A stretch of DNA of 64,000 nt from a virus. Both the position numbers and the translations under genes were made by a program. Each line of letters begins with the position of its first letter. Position 1 is the stretch's first letter. Under the pieces are notes generated by a model. The model was not told the DNA's origin and searched no databases. It saw nothing but the letters and a program-made list of their open reading frames with translations. Where the stretch lies: the IMG/VR virus record IMGVR_UViG_3300045988_167652. One strand, given 5' to 3'. Shown here piece by piece: positions 48,801 to 60,293 of this stretch.

Positions 48801-51800
48801 AAATTTGAAGAATCTCTATAGAAACACTGTTGAAAATAATAAAGGTATAAACTATCATCAAAGAGCGTTAGATTATATAAGTAAACATTTCCTGAATGTT
48901 CCTTTCTTTAGTATATAGAAAAATAAAAAACAATTCATTTTATCAAGATGGATTAGAGAACTAACTGAAAACAATGAAGAAGGCCAAGATTTAAGAGATA
49001 ATTTAAAAATCAATACCATTATTTCACATAATAGGAAAGATTTTAGTGATCTGGATGATGTGGAAAGAGTATTATTATAGCTTGCTGAATATTTTAATAG
49101 TGGAAATAAAGATGAAGCTAAATATGCTAATTTTGTATTACCTGCATTAGGTGATGCCTCATAGCCAAGAAGTATTACATTTAAAAGAATAAATGATATT
49201 TAGCAGGGAGATAGATTAGTAACTACTAAAGAACAAGTAATTCAAGAATTAATTAATACGGTAATACAAGAAATTAATCGTATTAATCAGACTAATCAAA
49301 TTGAAGGATTGGATATAGCATACTATAAAAATAATGCCGCTAAATTTGTATTTTTCCCACAGCTTAATAAAACCATAAAAGAAATATTATCAAAAGAAGA
49401 AATTGAATCTTTAGGACTTACTAAACATCAAGATAAAACTGTACTTGAATTAAAAACTAAAGAGAAATCAACATTCTTAATTCAATTCTTTGATAATTAC
49501 TTAACCAAAGGATATGAAAAATGGGATAATACATAGAAAGAAAGAGGATTATATGATAGTCCTAAATTTCAAGCTATCAAACCTACTTTAGGAAACCTTG
49601 AAAATTTCTATTATAATTATGTATTTGCTTAGACATAGTTACCATAGTTACTGATAACTGATTTAGCATTTGTAAAAGACCCTATTGATTATCAAAAGAG
49701 ATTAAAAGCTACTATTAATGGTACAAGTAGTTCAAATACTTCTCCTTATTTTTCCGATGAAGTAAACGAAGTAAAGAAAGATAATGAAATGGCTGTAATT
49801 ACTCTTAGTGATGTTAAAGTAGATACTAATACTTTTCTTAATTCTACAGGAGTAATTAAAGCATTAAAGAGAAATCCTAAACTATCGGACATAGATATTA
49901 GAAATATATTAAGTAAATTTAAGGGTATTACAGCTACTGATGGACAGTCTTTTGTTACTCTTGATTTTATTAAAAAGATAATGCAGTCTGATGGTGAATG
50001 GACTGATATGATGTAGCAAAGTTATGATAATCTTGTATCAGGAAACTGGGATATGAATGACTTTGATTAGTTCTATCAGGCAAGAAAAGCTATGTATAAT
50101 GGAACTAATGTTCATGAGTTTACTTTAAAAGATGGAACTAAAACTACTATTAGAGTTCCTTCTTATCATAAATATTCGGAATATGTTTTACTTGCAATGT
50201 ATGGAGCATTTTCATAGACAGTACTTGGTGAAAACAGTTCTATGGCTGCTATTAATAAATTTATGGTTAAGAATAACATAGACTTGTGTATGTTTGAAAG
50301 TGCCGGTAAAACAGGTAATCAAAAAGTAGTGGATATTAGTGGGTTTGAAGAATTGTCAGAAGATGAAAAAGAAACATTCCTTAATGATAAAATCCTTAAA
50401 ACTAATAAAATTAAATTAGTTAGTATGGATAATTATGGTATGTAGTAGTCAAATCCTGAACATTTATATGATAACCATAGAGAACTTAGTACATAGTTAA
50501 AAAGAGCTATTATAAGCAATATTCCTGAAGATGCGGAATTTACTTTACAGAATGGTCAAAAACTAAATAAACAACAGTTTGTAGAATTATATTATGCTAC
50601 TTTATTATCGGAAAAAATAGATAATTACACAGCTAATTATGATAAACTGACTGATATGAATGCTATGTCTAAAGAATTAATATCTTAGGCACTTAGTGAT
50701 AAAGAATCTTCTATTGACGATATTAAAAAACTGACTTATAATCCTTCTACAGGAAATTTTGCTATTCCTGTAGGTGAACCTCTAAGTGGTTCAAAGTTTA
50801 TGTCTAAGTATTGTTCGTTAGTAAGAAATAAAGTTATTCCTAACAGTACTGAAGGAGGTTCAATTGTTTAGGTAAGTAATTTTGGATTTATAAAAGATAA
50901 AAACTTACAGGTAAAATATAAAGAAGGACAAGACAAATCCATTGAAAATATAGAATATATAGGATGTTATATGCCTATGTATACTAAGAAATTATTTGAA
51001 AAATATATGGATGATGAAGGTAATGTAGATATAAATAAAATGCCTGATAATGTAAAAAAATTAGTAGGTTATCGTTTACCTTTTGAAGATTTTTATTCCT
51101 TACTTCCCCTTAAAATAATTGAATTTTTACCTGAATCTTCAGGTTCTTCAATTATAATGCCTGCCGAATTACTTGCATTAACAGGTTCTGACTTTGATAT
51201 TGATAAATTATATTTAGTAGTACCTTAGTTAAATAATGAAGGAGATAGAGAAGAATATGAGATAAATATGAATGATTTACAAGGTAGTATTCTTACTATG
51301 ACTAAAGGATAGAGAAATAACCTTTTACTTGATTTAATCTATTCAAGAGCCACTCATCCTACTTCATTAGAAAGAATGCTTAATGGAGGTGAATTTGAAG
51401 ATTTAAAAACTGCTTCATTACTTACTTAGATTCGTAAAATTCCTAATATAGATAATATATTAATGAAAAAATGGAATATAAGTAAGATATCTCATTTATA
51501 TAGAAAATTATATTCTTTAGAACAGGACGAATTAAAAAGTATATTAAATGAATATAAAGAACCTGTTGATTGGTTTGATCCTGAAACATTCATTTATTTT
51601 AATAACTTAAATCATGCAGCTGCTGTGGCTATTGCTACTTTTGCTAATGCTAAAAGTAATGCTCACTTGCTTCCTGAATTTATTCCTCATGAACCTTTAA
51701 GCATTAATATGGGTAAAGAAAAGATAGATAAAGTACTATCAGAATCAAAAAACCCAAAAATGATTATTAAAACTAATGATGGAGAAGTACCTTATTGGTT

Positions 51801-54800
51801 TACTATTACTGAAACAGTGGATAAAAACGGTAAAGTAGATTCAAAAACTCATATATTCAATGAGATTAATGTACCAGAATCTTTAGACATATCCAAATAT
51901 AAAAATACAGTTCATGCACTTGCAGAATTAATTTCAGCTGCTGTAGATGCTGTAAAAGACCCTGTATTGTCATTCTTAAATCTTACTAAAGAACTAAATA
52001 TAATAGCTCCCATGCTTATTAGATTAGGTATGTCTGATAAAATGATGGGATTATTTATGACTTAGCCTGTTATTGAATATATCATTAAAAAAGCGTCCTC
52101 GAATAATAGATTAAGTATGAATCAAATCATATAGAATGTATTATATGATTTAGATTCAAAGATAGCTCAAATTGAAAGTTAGAATCCATAGAATGATAAT
52201 AGAAATGTATTTATGGATACTGAAAGTATGATTGGACATACAGGTAAAACTAAAGAATTAGAATAGTTATTAGAGAATAATAATGAATAGGAAAATAATA
52301 TATACCAAGAAGATAATTTAATAAATTCTTCGGATAATTTGTTCTTCTTAAAGAAATAGTTGAATGTATTATATGTATTTAAAAATATATATGCTAAAGC
52401 CAAAACATTAAATGAATATGCTGTAACACATAAACCCGATTCAAAAAGCTCTATGGCTAGAGGTTCTTTATTTGATAATATAGCTAAAAAAGTAAGAAAA
52501 GAAAACTTAGTAAAAGAGTTAGGTAAACACTTTGCTAATATACCTATATTACAAGATACATTTAATAAAGATATAATTACACCACCCTCAAAAATTGCAG
52601 GTGATAATTATGGTAAATAGATGAAAAAGTATAAAGAATAGATGCTTAAATACTTTATGAATCAAGATTTACCACTTGTACAAATGGATTATACTTTAGG
52701 TATTCTTGCGCCTATTTACTTTAATATAAATAGATTTCCACAGCTTAGAAAGCAATTTTCTTATATAGTAGATGAAATTAGTAAACAATCTAAAAATAAT
52801 CTTCTTTCAAGACAGTATGCTGAACAGGTTTATAAAATGTATTATACATATTTACTTAGTGAACCTACTAATGGATTACTTGGAGGAAAAGAAATTAAAC
52901 CTGCATTCTTAGATAAAACTTTAAATACTTATGAAGATAAAAGACAGTATTATTTAAATGGATTTGTAAAGAATCTACAAGAATATAAAAGAGCTAAAAT
53001 AAATAAACTTCCAGCTGATAGAAGAAATGCAAGAAATTCATCTTTTATTAAATTATTAGCTCCTTATAATAAAGGTATAATATTAAAAGGATAGGGTACT
53101 GCAAGAGTAGATAAAAGAGATATGCTTAATGCTGATTGGGCAAATCTTATGAAAAGTGATGTTGAATTTGAAAGAAATTTAGCAAGGGATATATTTATCT
53201 ATGAATTATTTAAGAATGGAGCTGGTTATACTCCTAATGGTATATTACAATATGCTCCTATGGAAGTTATCAGTAGTATAGAAGGATATACTGATATAGC
53301 TTTAGATAATTCCATACTCGATAACATAGAAAATGATGATACTTACGAAGAGTTCTTAAATATATATGTAAGAAATAATTTAAGGACATTTGCTTAGGTT
53401 ATTCCTGAACATGAAAATCATTATTTTAAAGATGCAAACGGATATAAACCTACCTTAAACACTGAAAATTTATCCACTACTTTTTATAATAGTGAATATA
53501 AAACCAAATATATTTAGATAGGTTAGGGAAATAATGCCGTATTCTATAAACTAAATTATGATATTGATCCTTTTACAGTAGATATTATAGATAGAGGGTA
53601 TGAAAAGATCACTCCTTTAAATATGTAGTATCAATATGGTAATCCTAATGCAGTAGCTATTGATAATACATTAAAACAAGCTGGATAGAGTTCTTTAAGT
53701 ACTATGAATGAAGAAGAATTATCTATGCTTGCAGGTATGAATGATCCTTTTGAAGATGCTGATATGATGGAATAGATGGCTGCTATGCAGGCTATGGAAG
53801 ATAAATTATTTAGAGAATAGAATAATAAACAGTAGGAAAATACAGAAGATACTAATATTAAAGAAGTAGAAGAAGTATCTAAATAGATAGATAATATCTT
53901 AGGTAATACTACTAAAGTAGTATCTACATTAGAAGAAATTGAAAAATTAAAAGAAATAAAAACAAAGAAAGTAACTTTAGAGATACAACCATTTATACAG
54001 GATGGTAAGGTATTCTTTAAAATTATTCCTGTACAAAGAGGTATATAGAACTCTGTATATTTTAATGTAAGATTAGGAGAACTTCAAAATGGTATTAGAG
54101 CAGCTGATAAATTAATGGAATTTGCTTCTCAGAATGATATTTCTGTAGAACAACAATTACAAAAGGATTTAAATGCTAATGGTACTGTTACCTTTATTAA
54201 TGATACTTCAAGTAAGATAAAAGCTATTGTTTAGATAGCTAAAGAAAGTAATCTCGAACAGTTTATTAATAGGTTAAGCGAAGAATTATCTCATGCTGCT
54301 ATAGCCTTTTCAAGTAATGAAGCCTATATTAATGAAATTATTTCACCTCTTCAAAATGATATTGAAATGGTTAAAGAAATATTAGGAGATGAATATGATA
54401 ATTATTATTAGATTTATAATGGTAATGAAAGATATTTAGCTCTTGAAGCATTAGGAAAAATAGTGGGTGAAGCTACAGGAGGATTAATATCTCAAGGAAC
54501 AAATATCAAAGGAAGTGTAATAGGTAGAATAATGTCTATTATAAAAGATAAATTCAGAGGATTAAATGAAGAACAATTAGTTATTATTTCTTAGATATTT
54601 AAGGATGATTCTCCTATTGTAAGAGATATGATTAATAATTTATTAGGAGAAATTAATGGTACACTTGCTTCAGAAGTTATGAAAGATATTCCTATGTAGA
54701 TGTATTAGCTTAATTAGAAAATAAGTCTACAAGAATAGAAACATAATATAGCTTTAAAAGCTATTAATGATTTAATTGATGCCGAAATAAAACGAATTAA

Positions 54801-57603
54801 TATTATTAAAGTTACAAAATCAAGTGATATTTAGGATACTTAGGAATTAAACAGGCTTATTAAAGCAAGAAACTCTTAGGAAACTGTTAAAGGTATTCAT
54901 ACAAGAATAAAAGAACTTAATAATGTTCTTAGAGGGCATTTATACAGATTAAAAGAGTTAATATAGAATCAGGATGAAAGGGATGAAATAAGTGCTAAAT
55001 CTTTAAGAAATATGAGAGATACTTTAATAGCCTATCAAAAACAAGTAGATATTATAAGAGAATTTGATATAGAACTTGAAGGATTAAGTGATGAAGAACA
55101 AATAGAAATAAATAATGAATTAAAAGAAATTATAGCTGATTGTGAAGAAGTTTTGAAACGTTCTTTTAATTACTGGAAAAAGATATCCAAAGCTAAATTT
55201 ATGTCTTTTGTAGGTAAAATAGTTCCTGAAGGAGTAGTAAGAATGATGAATAAAATAGATGGTTCTACTAATACTTTAGAAGATTATGTATTTACAGCTA
55301 ATAGGGATATTTCTTTTTATGATAGATGGTTAAGAGCAGCTGGTGATAGTAGAGATTTTGTAATTAGATTATATGATGATATATTAAAAAGAGCTTAGAT
55401 TAACAGAGTTCATAAATCTTAGGAATATAAAAGAAAGATAACAGCTTTACAAATAGAACTTGAACAATCTACAGGTAGTTCAGATACTTCATGGATGTAT
55501 GAAAAGAATGCTAAAGGAGAAATAATAGGATTTATTAGAGAACTTGATTATACTAAATATGAAAAAGAAAGAAAACAGGCTATATTAGATATTTATAGTA
55601 ATACAGATGATCCTAAAACAGCATCGGATTTAATTAATAAATGGGTAGTAGAACATACTGAATTGGATGAAAATAATATACAAAAACCTAAAAGATCGCT
55701 TTATGGTAATCCTATATTCGATAATTTATCCGAAGGATAGAAAAAGTATTATAAATCCATTATAACCCTTAAAAAATTAATGGATGCAACTATGAAACTT
55801 GAACCTATTTAGTATTATAAACCTATTTACATTTCAAACACTATGACATAGAGATTAAAGAATACTAAGAGTGTTTAGGATGTAAAAGATATAATGAAGA
55901 GCTGGTATGATACTAATATAGGAATAAGAAAAGATGACACTGATTATAATAAAACAGTTGCCGTAATAAAAGATTTTGAAGGAAATGTGGTACAAACATT
56001 ACCTAAATTCTTTACTTCTCCTTTAGAAAATCTTAAAGATGTTTCTACCGATGTTACTTCAGCTATGATAGCCTATGCTGATACAGCAGTTAATTTTGAA
56101 GTAATGGAAGAAGCTGTGGGATAGATGGAACTTGGTAGAATTGTTCTTAGAGACAGAAAGATTTCAGAAACAAAAGATGATAAAGAATTAGTAAATAAGA
56201 TTAAACTTTCAGGTTATAATATCATTCAAAAAGTATTTAAGAAAACATCCAAATCTAATTTTGAAGCAAGATTAGATGACTTTATGGAAATGAATGTTTA
56301 TAATCATTATTATAAGGATGAAGGTAAGGTAGGTTAGTTATTAAATACTTTAGGTACAGTTACAGCTATTAATGGTTTAGGAATTAATGCTATTGCAGGT
56401 ATATCTAACTTATTTACTGGTGGAGCAATGTTTAATATTGAAGCTCTTAGTAATAATCATTTTAAACCTAAACATGGTATAAAAGCAGATAATATTTTCT
56501 TTAAAAATTCATTTGCTTTAATAGGAGATGCCGGCAAAAGAGTAAAAACATCAAAAATAGCTTTATTCCTTGAACATTTTGATGTTTATCAGGATTATAC
56601 CGAAAACATAAAAAATAGTAATGTAGGAACTAAGAATTGGTTACTTAGAAATATTGGATTAGATTCTATGTTTATCTATAATAAATTAGGTGAAACTTGG
56701 TTATAGGCAAGAGTACCTTTAGCTTTAGCAGTAGCTACTGAATTAATAGATAAAAATGGAAATAAAATAAGTCTTTGGGATGCTTTAGAAGTAGTAGAAA
56801 CTAAGAATGATGAAGGTAAAGTTATTTCTTCAAAACTTCAATTTAAAGATGAATATGAAGGATTAGATGGAAAAAAGCCTGATGAAATTATAGCTGAAGT
56901 TATGAGAAAAAGTAATAAAATCAATAATAATTTGAATGGTATTTATCATAAACAAGATATATATGCAGCTTAGAAATATTCAGTTGTAAGAATGGGATTT
57001 ATGTTTAGAAAATTCATATTACCCGCTCTTGAATATAGATATAAAGGACAGACTTATAACTTTGACTTAAATAAAACTACTGAAGGATTTTATCATACTA
57101 TATGGAGACTTAGAAAAGACATTCTAAAGAATAGAACAAATTTACTTGTATTTTATAATAGTCTTGAAGATTATGAAAAGGCTAATATAAATAAAGCATC
57201 TATAGAAGTATTACAAGTATTTATGATATGGTTAGCTATAGGACTTATAGGTAAAATTGATGGTGATGATGATGATGATAAAGCTTATTTAGCAAGAATA
57301 ACCGAATTACAATTAAGAAGACTTTATACTGAAACTTCAGTGTTTACTCCTTCTACAGGAATGATTAATGAAGGTCAAAGAATACTTAAATCACCCGCTG
57401 CTTCAGTTAATACATTAGATAATATGTTAGGATTACTTGAGCTTCTTGATCCAAGAAGTTATACTACTGAACTTAAATCAGGGAGGTATAAAAGACATTC
57501 AAGAGCTTATAGAGCTATTGACAGAAATTTACCTTTTAAACGTCATATATATAACATAGTAAATCCTGAATTATTATTACCATTCTATAAACAAGAATAT
57601 TAA
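45892..57603 (+). CDS. Giant 3903-codon ORF containing the crAss-type virion RNA polymerase domain
   Basis: 17 track fragments (46210 ... 56992) all share the frame of ATG 45892. I hand-checked gaps 46530-46909, 48150-49309 and 53397-55012 and found only TAG. Catalytic-type motif GSDFDIDKLY (DFDID at 51190-51204). TAA at 57601. Confidence 0.8.
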
Positions 57604-57634
57604 TCAAAGCAGACACAAACGATCAAATTTTTTA

Positions 57635-57672
57635 GGGAAGATAGTTTTATATTCTATCTTCCCTTTTATTTT
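57635..57672 (+). terminator. Rho-independent terminator between the convergent blocks
   Basis: GGGAAGATAG (57635-57644) pairs with CTATCTTCCC (57654-57663), followed by TTTTATTTT. The site is 31 nt after the giant ORF stop and 10 nt from the end of the leftward gene. Confidence 0.7.
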
Positions 57673-57673
57673 A

Positions 57674-58312
57674 TTATTTTGTGGTTTTAATAGGATACAC
57701 ATATAAACTAACAATTCTTCCATCAATAATATTTTTTGTATATTCAAAGAATGGAAAATCTTTAATAATAGTGTCTACTACTTCAATAATATAATTATTA
57801 TTTAGTGATATTTCAATACAATCATCCCCATCAACTATGAAGTTATTATATATTCTTTTTACAATATCTTCATACATTTCTTGTTTTACTTTCTTTTCAT
57901 TATCTATTAGAGATAATTTTATATCACTATAGTTTTCCCAGAAATTTGTAAGTTTTTCCTTACACTTATCAAAATCACTTTCTTCTTCTTCATTTTCTTC
58001 ACCTTCATTTTTAAATACTGAATTTTGAGCATATTCAGCAGCTCTAACCATAGCTTCAATATCTATGAAAGCTTTATTAAGAGAGTCTTCTACCTCTTCT
58101 TTTCTACTTTTTCCTATAGTAGAAACATAAGTTTCTGCTAAGTATATTTTTGTTTTAACTTCAGCTATTAAGGAATCTATATTATTTAATAAATCAGTTT
58201 TATTTTTATCGTTTCTATTACAATTTTTTATATCTTCCGACATTTTTTCAAGTTTACTGATTATGTTATTAAATTTAGTGTAAATTCTTTCTGATAATAT
58301 TTTCTTGTCCAT
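57674..58312 (-). CDS. Hypothetical protein (212 aa)
   Basis: Intact standard-code ORF with a helical, acidic N-terminal half and a beta-rich C-terminus. Ends in TAA. Confidence 0.65.
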   Translation of the reverse strand: MDKKILSERIYTKFNNIISKLEKMSEDIKNCNRNDKNKTDLLNNIDSLIAEVKTKIYLAETYVSTIGKSRKEEVEDSLNKAFIDIEAMVRAAEYAQNSVFKNEGEENEEEESDFDKCKEKLTNFWENYSDIKLSLIDNEKKVKQEMYEDIVKRIYNNFIVDGDDCIEISLNNNYIIEVVDTIIKDFPFFEYTKNIIDGRIVSLYVYPIKTTK

Positions 58313-58319
58313 AAAATTT

Positions 58320-59150
58320 TTAATTTAATTCTTGTATTATATTATGAAACACTGATTTAAAAAATAATATTACGTTAGAAGGCATTAATATGTTGCTTTT
58401 ATATTTAATATTGTTGTTTATTATTTTAATATAGTCATTTAAAACTTCTTTTATTCCTATTAAATTAAATTCTTCATAATTCAAACTGATAAAATTATTA
58501 TGATATGTGTTTGTAATATAACCAAGAAATCTTACATTCTTTTTTATAATGTTATATTCTTCTAAAGGTAAATTTATATTATTACTATTCCAAACTAATT
58601 TAGGGTGATAGTTATAATGTTCAAGTTCTTTATATAATTCATATATTTCAAATGCTCTATTTTCAAATGTAGTATCAAGTCCGTTTTTAATTACCCATTT
58701 ATATAAATAGTTTACTATTATTTTTAAATCTGCAATATGTTTACTTGAATTTGATTTTGTGTTTATACAATCTTCTTTAGCTATAATAATATCAAGTGGA
58801 TCGGCTATTTTGTATGTATTTCTCAGATATTTTATATTTTTTATTTTGACATTATCAGTATTAAAAATATCTATTAAAAATCCTGTTTCTTTATGTTTTA
58901 GTTTATATAGTTTAAATTTATAATCATATTCTTTTTCATCAGATTCATCAGATTCATCAGGATTTAATAATTCAAATATTTCATTATCATACCCAAATTC
59001 TCCACTACGTACAAAATCCAAATCATGTATAGGTCTTTTTAAATCTATTCCCAACATATTAAAGACAGTACTACCAGTTAATACAGTTCCAGGAATGTTA
59101 TTAAATACATCATTTATTACCTTTAATTTTATATCATCTATCTTAATCAT
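58320..59150 (-). CDS. Nucleotidyltransferase-fold (Pol-beta superfamily) protein
   Basis: N-terminal pattern LTGSTVFNMLGIDLKRPIHDLDF (G-S-x15-D-x-D, coordinates 59016-59075), with a later acidic strand FLIDIF. Confidence 0.55.
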   Translation of the reverse strand: MIKIDDIKLKVINDVFNNIPGTVLTGSTVFNMLGIDLKRPIHDLDFVRSGEFGYDNEIFELLNPDESDESDEKEYDYKFKLYKLKHKETGFLIDIFNTDNVKIKNIKYLRNTYKIADPLDIIIAKEDCINTKSNSSKHIADLKIIVNYLYKWVIKNGLDTTFENRAFEIYELYKELEHYNYHPKLVWNSNNINLPLEEYNIIKKNVRFLGYITNTYHNNFISLNYEEFNLIGIKEVLNDYIKIINNNIKYKSNILMPSNVILFFKSVFHNIIQELN

Positions 59151-59649
59151 TTATATATAAGATTAAAGAAGTAAATAAACTCATAAATGCCCACATTTCT
59201 AAATAAAACATCCAACTCTTCCTATTTAATAAATATAATATAAGAAACATTAAAGCAATATTAAGGGGAACATACCAATATTTTATAGCTACTAAATAAA
59301 TCCAAAGAATAGCAAATATCATACATATAATAGCCGAAATAAAATGTATTTTCTTATTTATAGTTTTAAAATAAGGCGCTGTACCTACAAAAGCTAATGC
59401 ACTTGCAGCTATAAAAGGTATAAATTGTAATATTTTAGGAGTATGTTCTAACCATACAGGCATTATACTAAAACATATAACATAACAAAATATAGTAAAG
59501 GCATAAGACATATTCCATTTAATATCTTTATATCCTTTTTCAAGTAGATAAAAAGAATCTGAAATACTTTTAGGTATTCCATATATAATACATATTGAAG
59601 AGATATAGAGAACAAAAAAACTAATACCAAAATAATATAATAACTCCAT
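59143..59649 (-). CDS. Polytopic membrane protein (168 aa, about 5 TM segments)
   Basis: Successive hydrophobic segments in the translation. Its stop overlaps the start of the downstream NTase gene (58320-59150) by 8 nt. Confidence 0.65.
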   Translation of the reverse strand: MELLYYFGISFFVLYISSICIIYGIPKSISDSFYLLEKGYKDIKWNMSYAFTIFCYVICFSIMPVWLEHTPKILQFIPFIAASALAFVGTAPYFKTINKKIHFISAIICMIFAILWIYLVAIKYWYVPLNIALMFLILYLLNRKSWMFYLEMWAFMSLFTSLILYIND

Positions 59650-59675
59650 AATTTTAAATTTTTCTTTTTAATATT

Positions 59676-60272
59676 TTATTTAATCTTTCTTTTATATACT
59701 TTTATGAGTTTATCAAAAGCTTTTAACCTTGATTCTTCATCATTATTATCCCACCAACAACCTCCTTCTTTATATTTAGCATTAAGAAAATCTTTATTAA
59801 ATTCGGGAATAATAAAAGGTATAGTCAAAAAACTATGTATAGTATAAGGAAAAGATTTTGTAATACATATACACATATATGAGGCTATTCCATCTTCACA
59901 TATCTTCTTAGCTTTTATAAGAGTATTAAGTATTAATTCATTTGTTATTTTATAATTCTTTTTATATATCTTACATTCATAAATACTAATAAGCTGATCT
60001 AATGCTTCTTTTCTACTTTGTATATCTTTCCTATCCCACCAAATACTATTTGCATTTCTTTTTACTCCTGTAAGAAATTCTGACGTAAATTCAGGAATAA
60101 TTTCAGGAATATTACTACATAATATAGGTGTAGACCTTATAGATAAATAATTAACAATAGCAGTACCAATAGCATCACATAGATAAATTTTACTACCTGA
60201 ATATATGCTATCATAAGCATTTAATAATATATTTAATATATCCTTATTAGTTAAATTATATTCTGTTTTCAT
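59676..60272 (-). CDS. Hypothetical protein with an internally duplicated domain (paralog 1)
   Basis: Two repeats of ...C....IPEF..[ED]FL......WWD....SR..A.D.LI..Y. Confidence 0.65.
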   Translation of the reverse strand: MKTEYNLTNKDILNILLNAYDSIYSGSKIYLCDAIGTAIVNYLSIRSTPILCSNIPEIIPEFTSEFLTGVKRNANSIWWDRKDIQSRKEALDQLISIYECKIYKKNYKITNELILNTLIKAKKICEDGIASYMCICITKSFPYTIHSFLTIPFIIPEFNKDFLNAKYKEGGCWWDNNDEESRLKAFDKLIKVYKRKIK

Positions 60273-60293
60273 ATTAATTTAAATATAGACTTA

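Noticed and set aside
2901-52403. Antisense or alternative-frame track ORFs inside rightward genes: 2901-3116, 3411-3602, 4362-4547, 18193-18432, 21148-21405, 21679-22017, 22099-22302, 22461-22685, 23508-23843, 24532-24720, 26581-27021, 29073-29258, 30666-30848, 42910-43137, 44208-44471, 52179-52403.
   Set aside because: They lie wholly within better-supported genes. Their translations are low-complexity (Leu/Phe/Ser/Ile-rich), as expected from the reverse strand of AT-rich coding DNA.
5087-57603. The fragmented same-strand ORFs could be pseudogenes or a degraded, frameshifted prophage.
   Set aside because: The fragments stay in a single frame per gene, and in the gaps I checked they are interrupted only by TAG, never by TAA, TGA or frame changes. 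A cognate CUA tRNA is encoded nearby. This points to systematic recoding, not decay.
2445-57603. Reassignment of TGA or TAA in addition to TAG.
   Set aside because: Every gene model terminates cleanly at TAA or TGA with the next start close by. Reading through them does not extend protein-like sequence. No matching suppressor tRNA is present.
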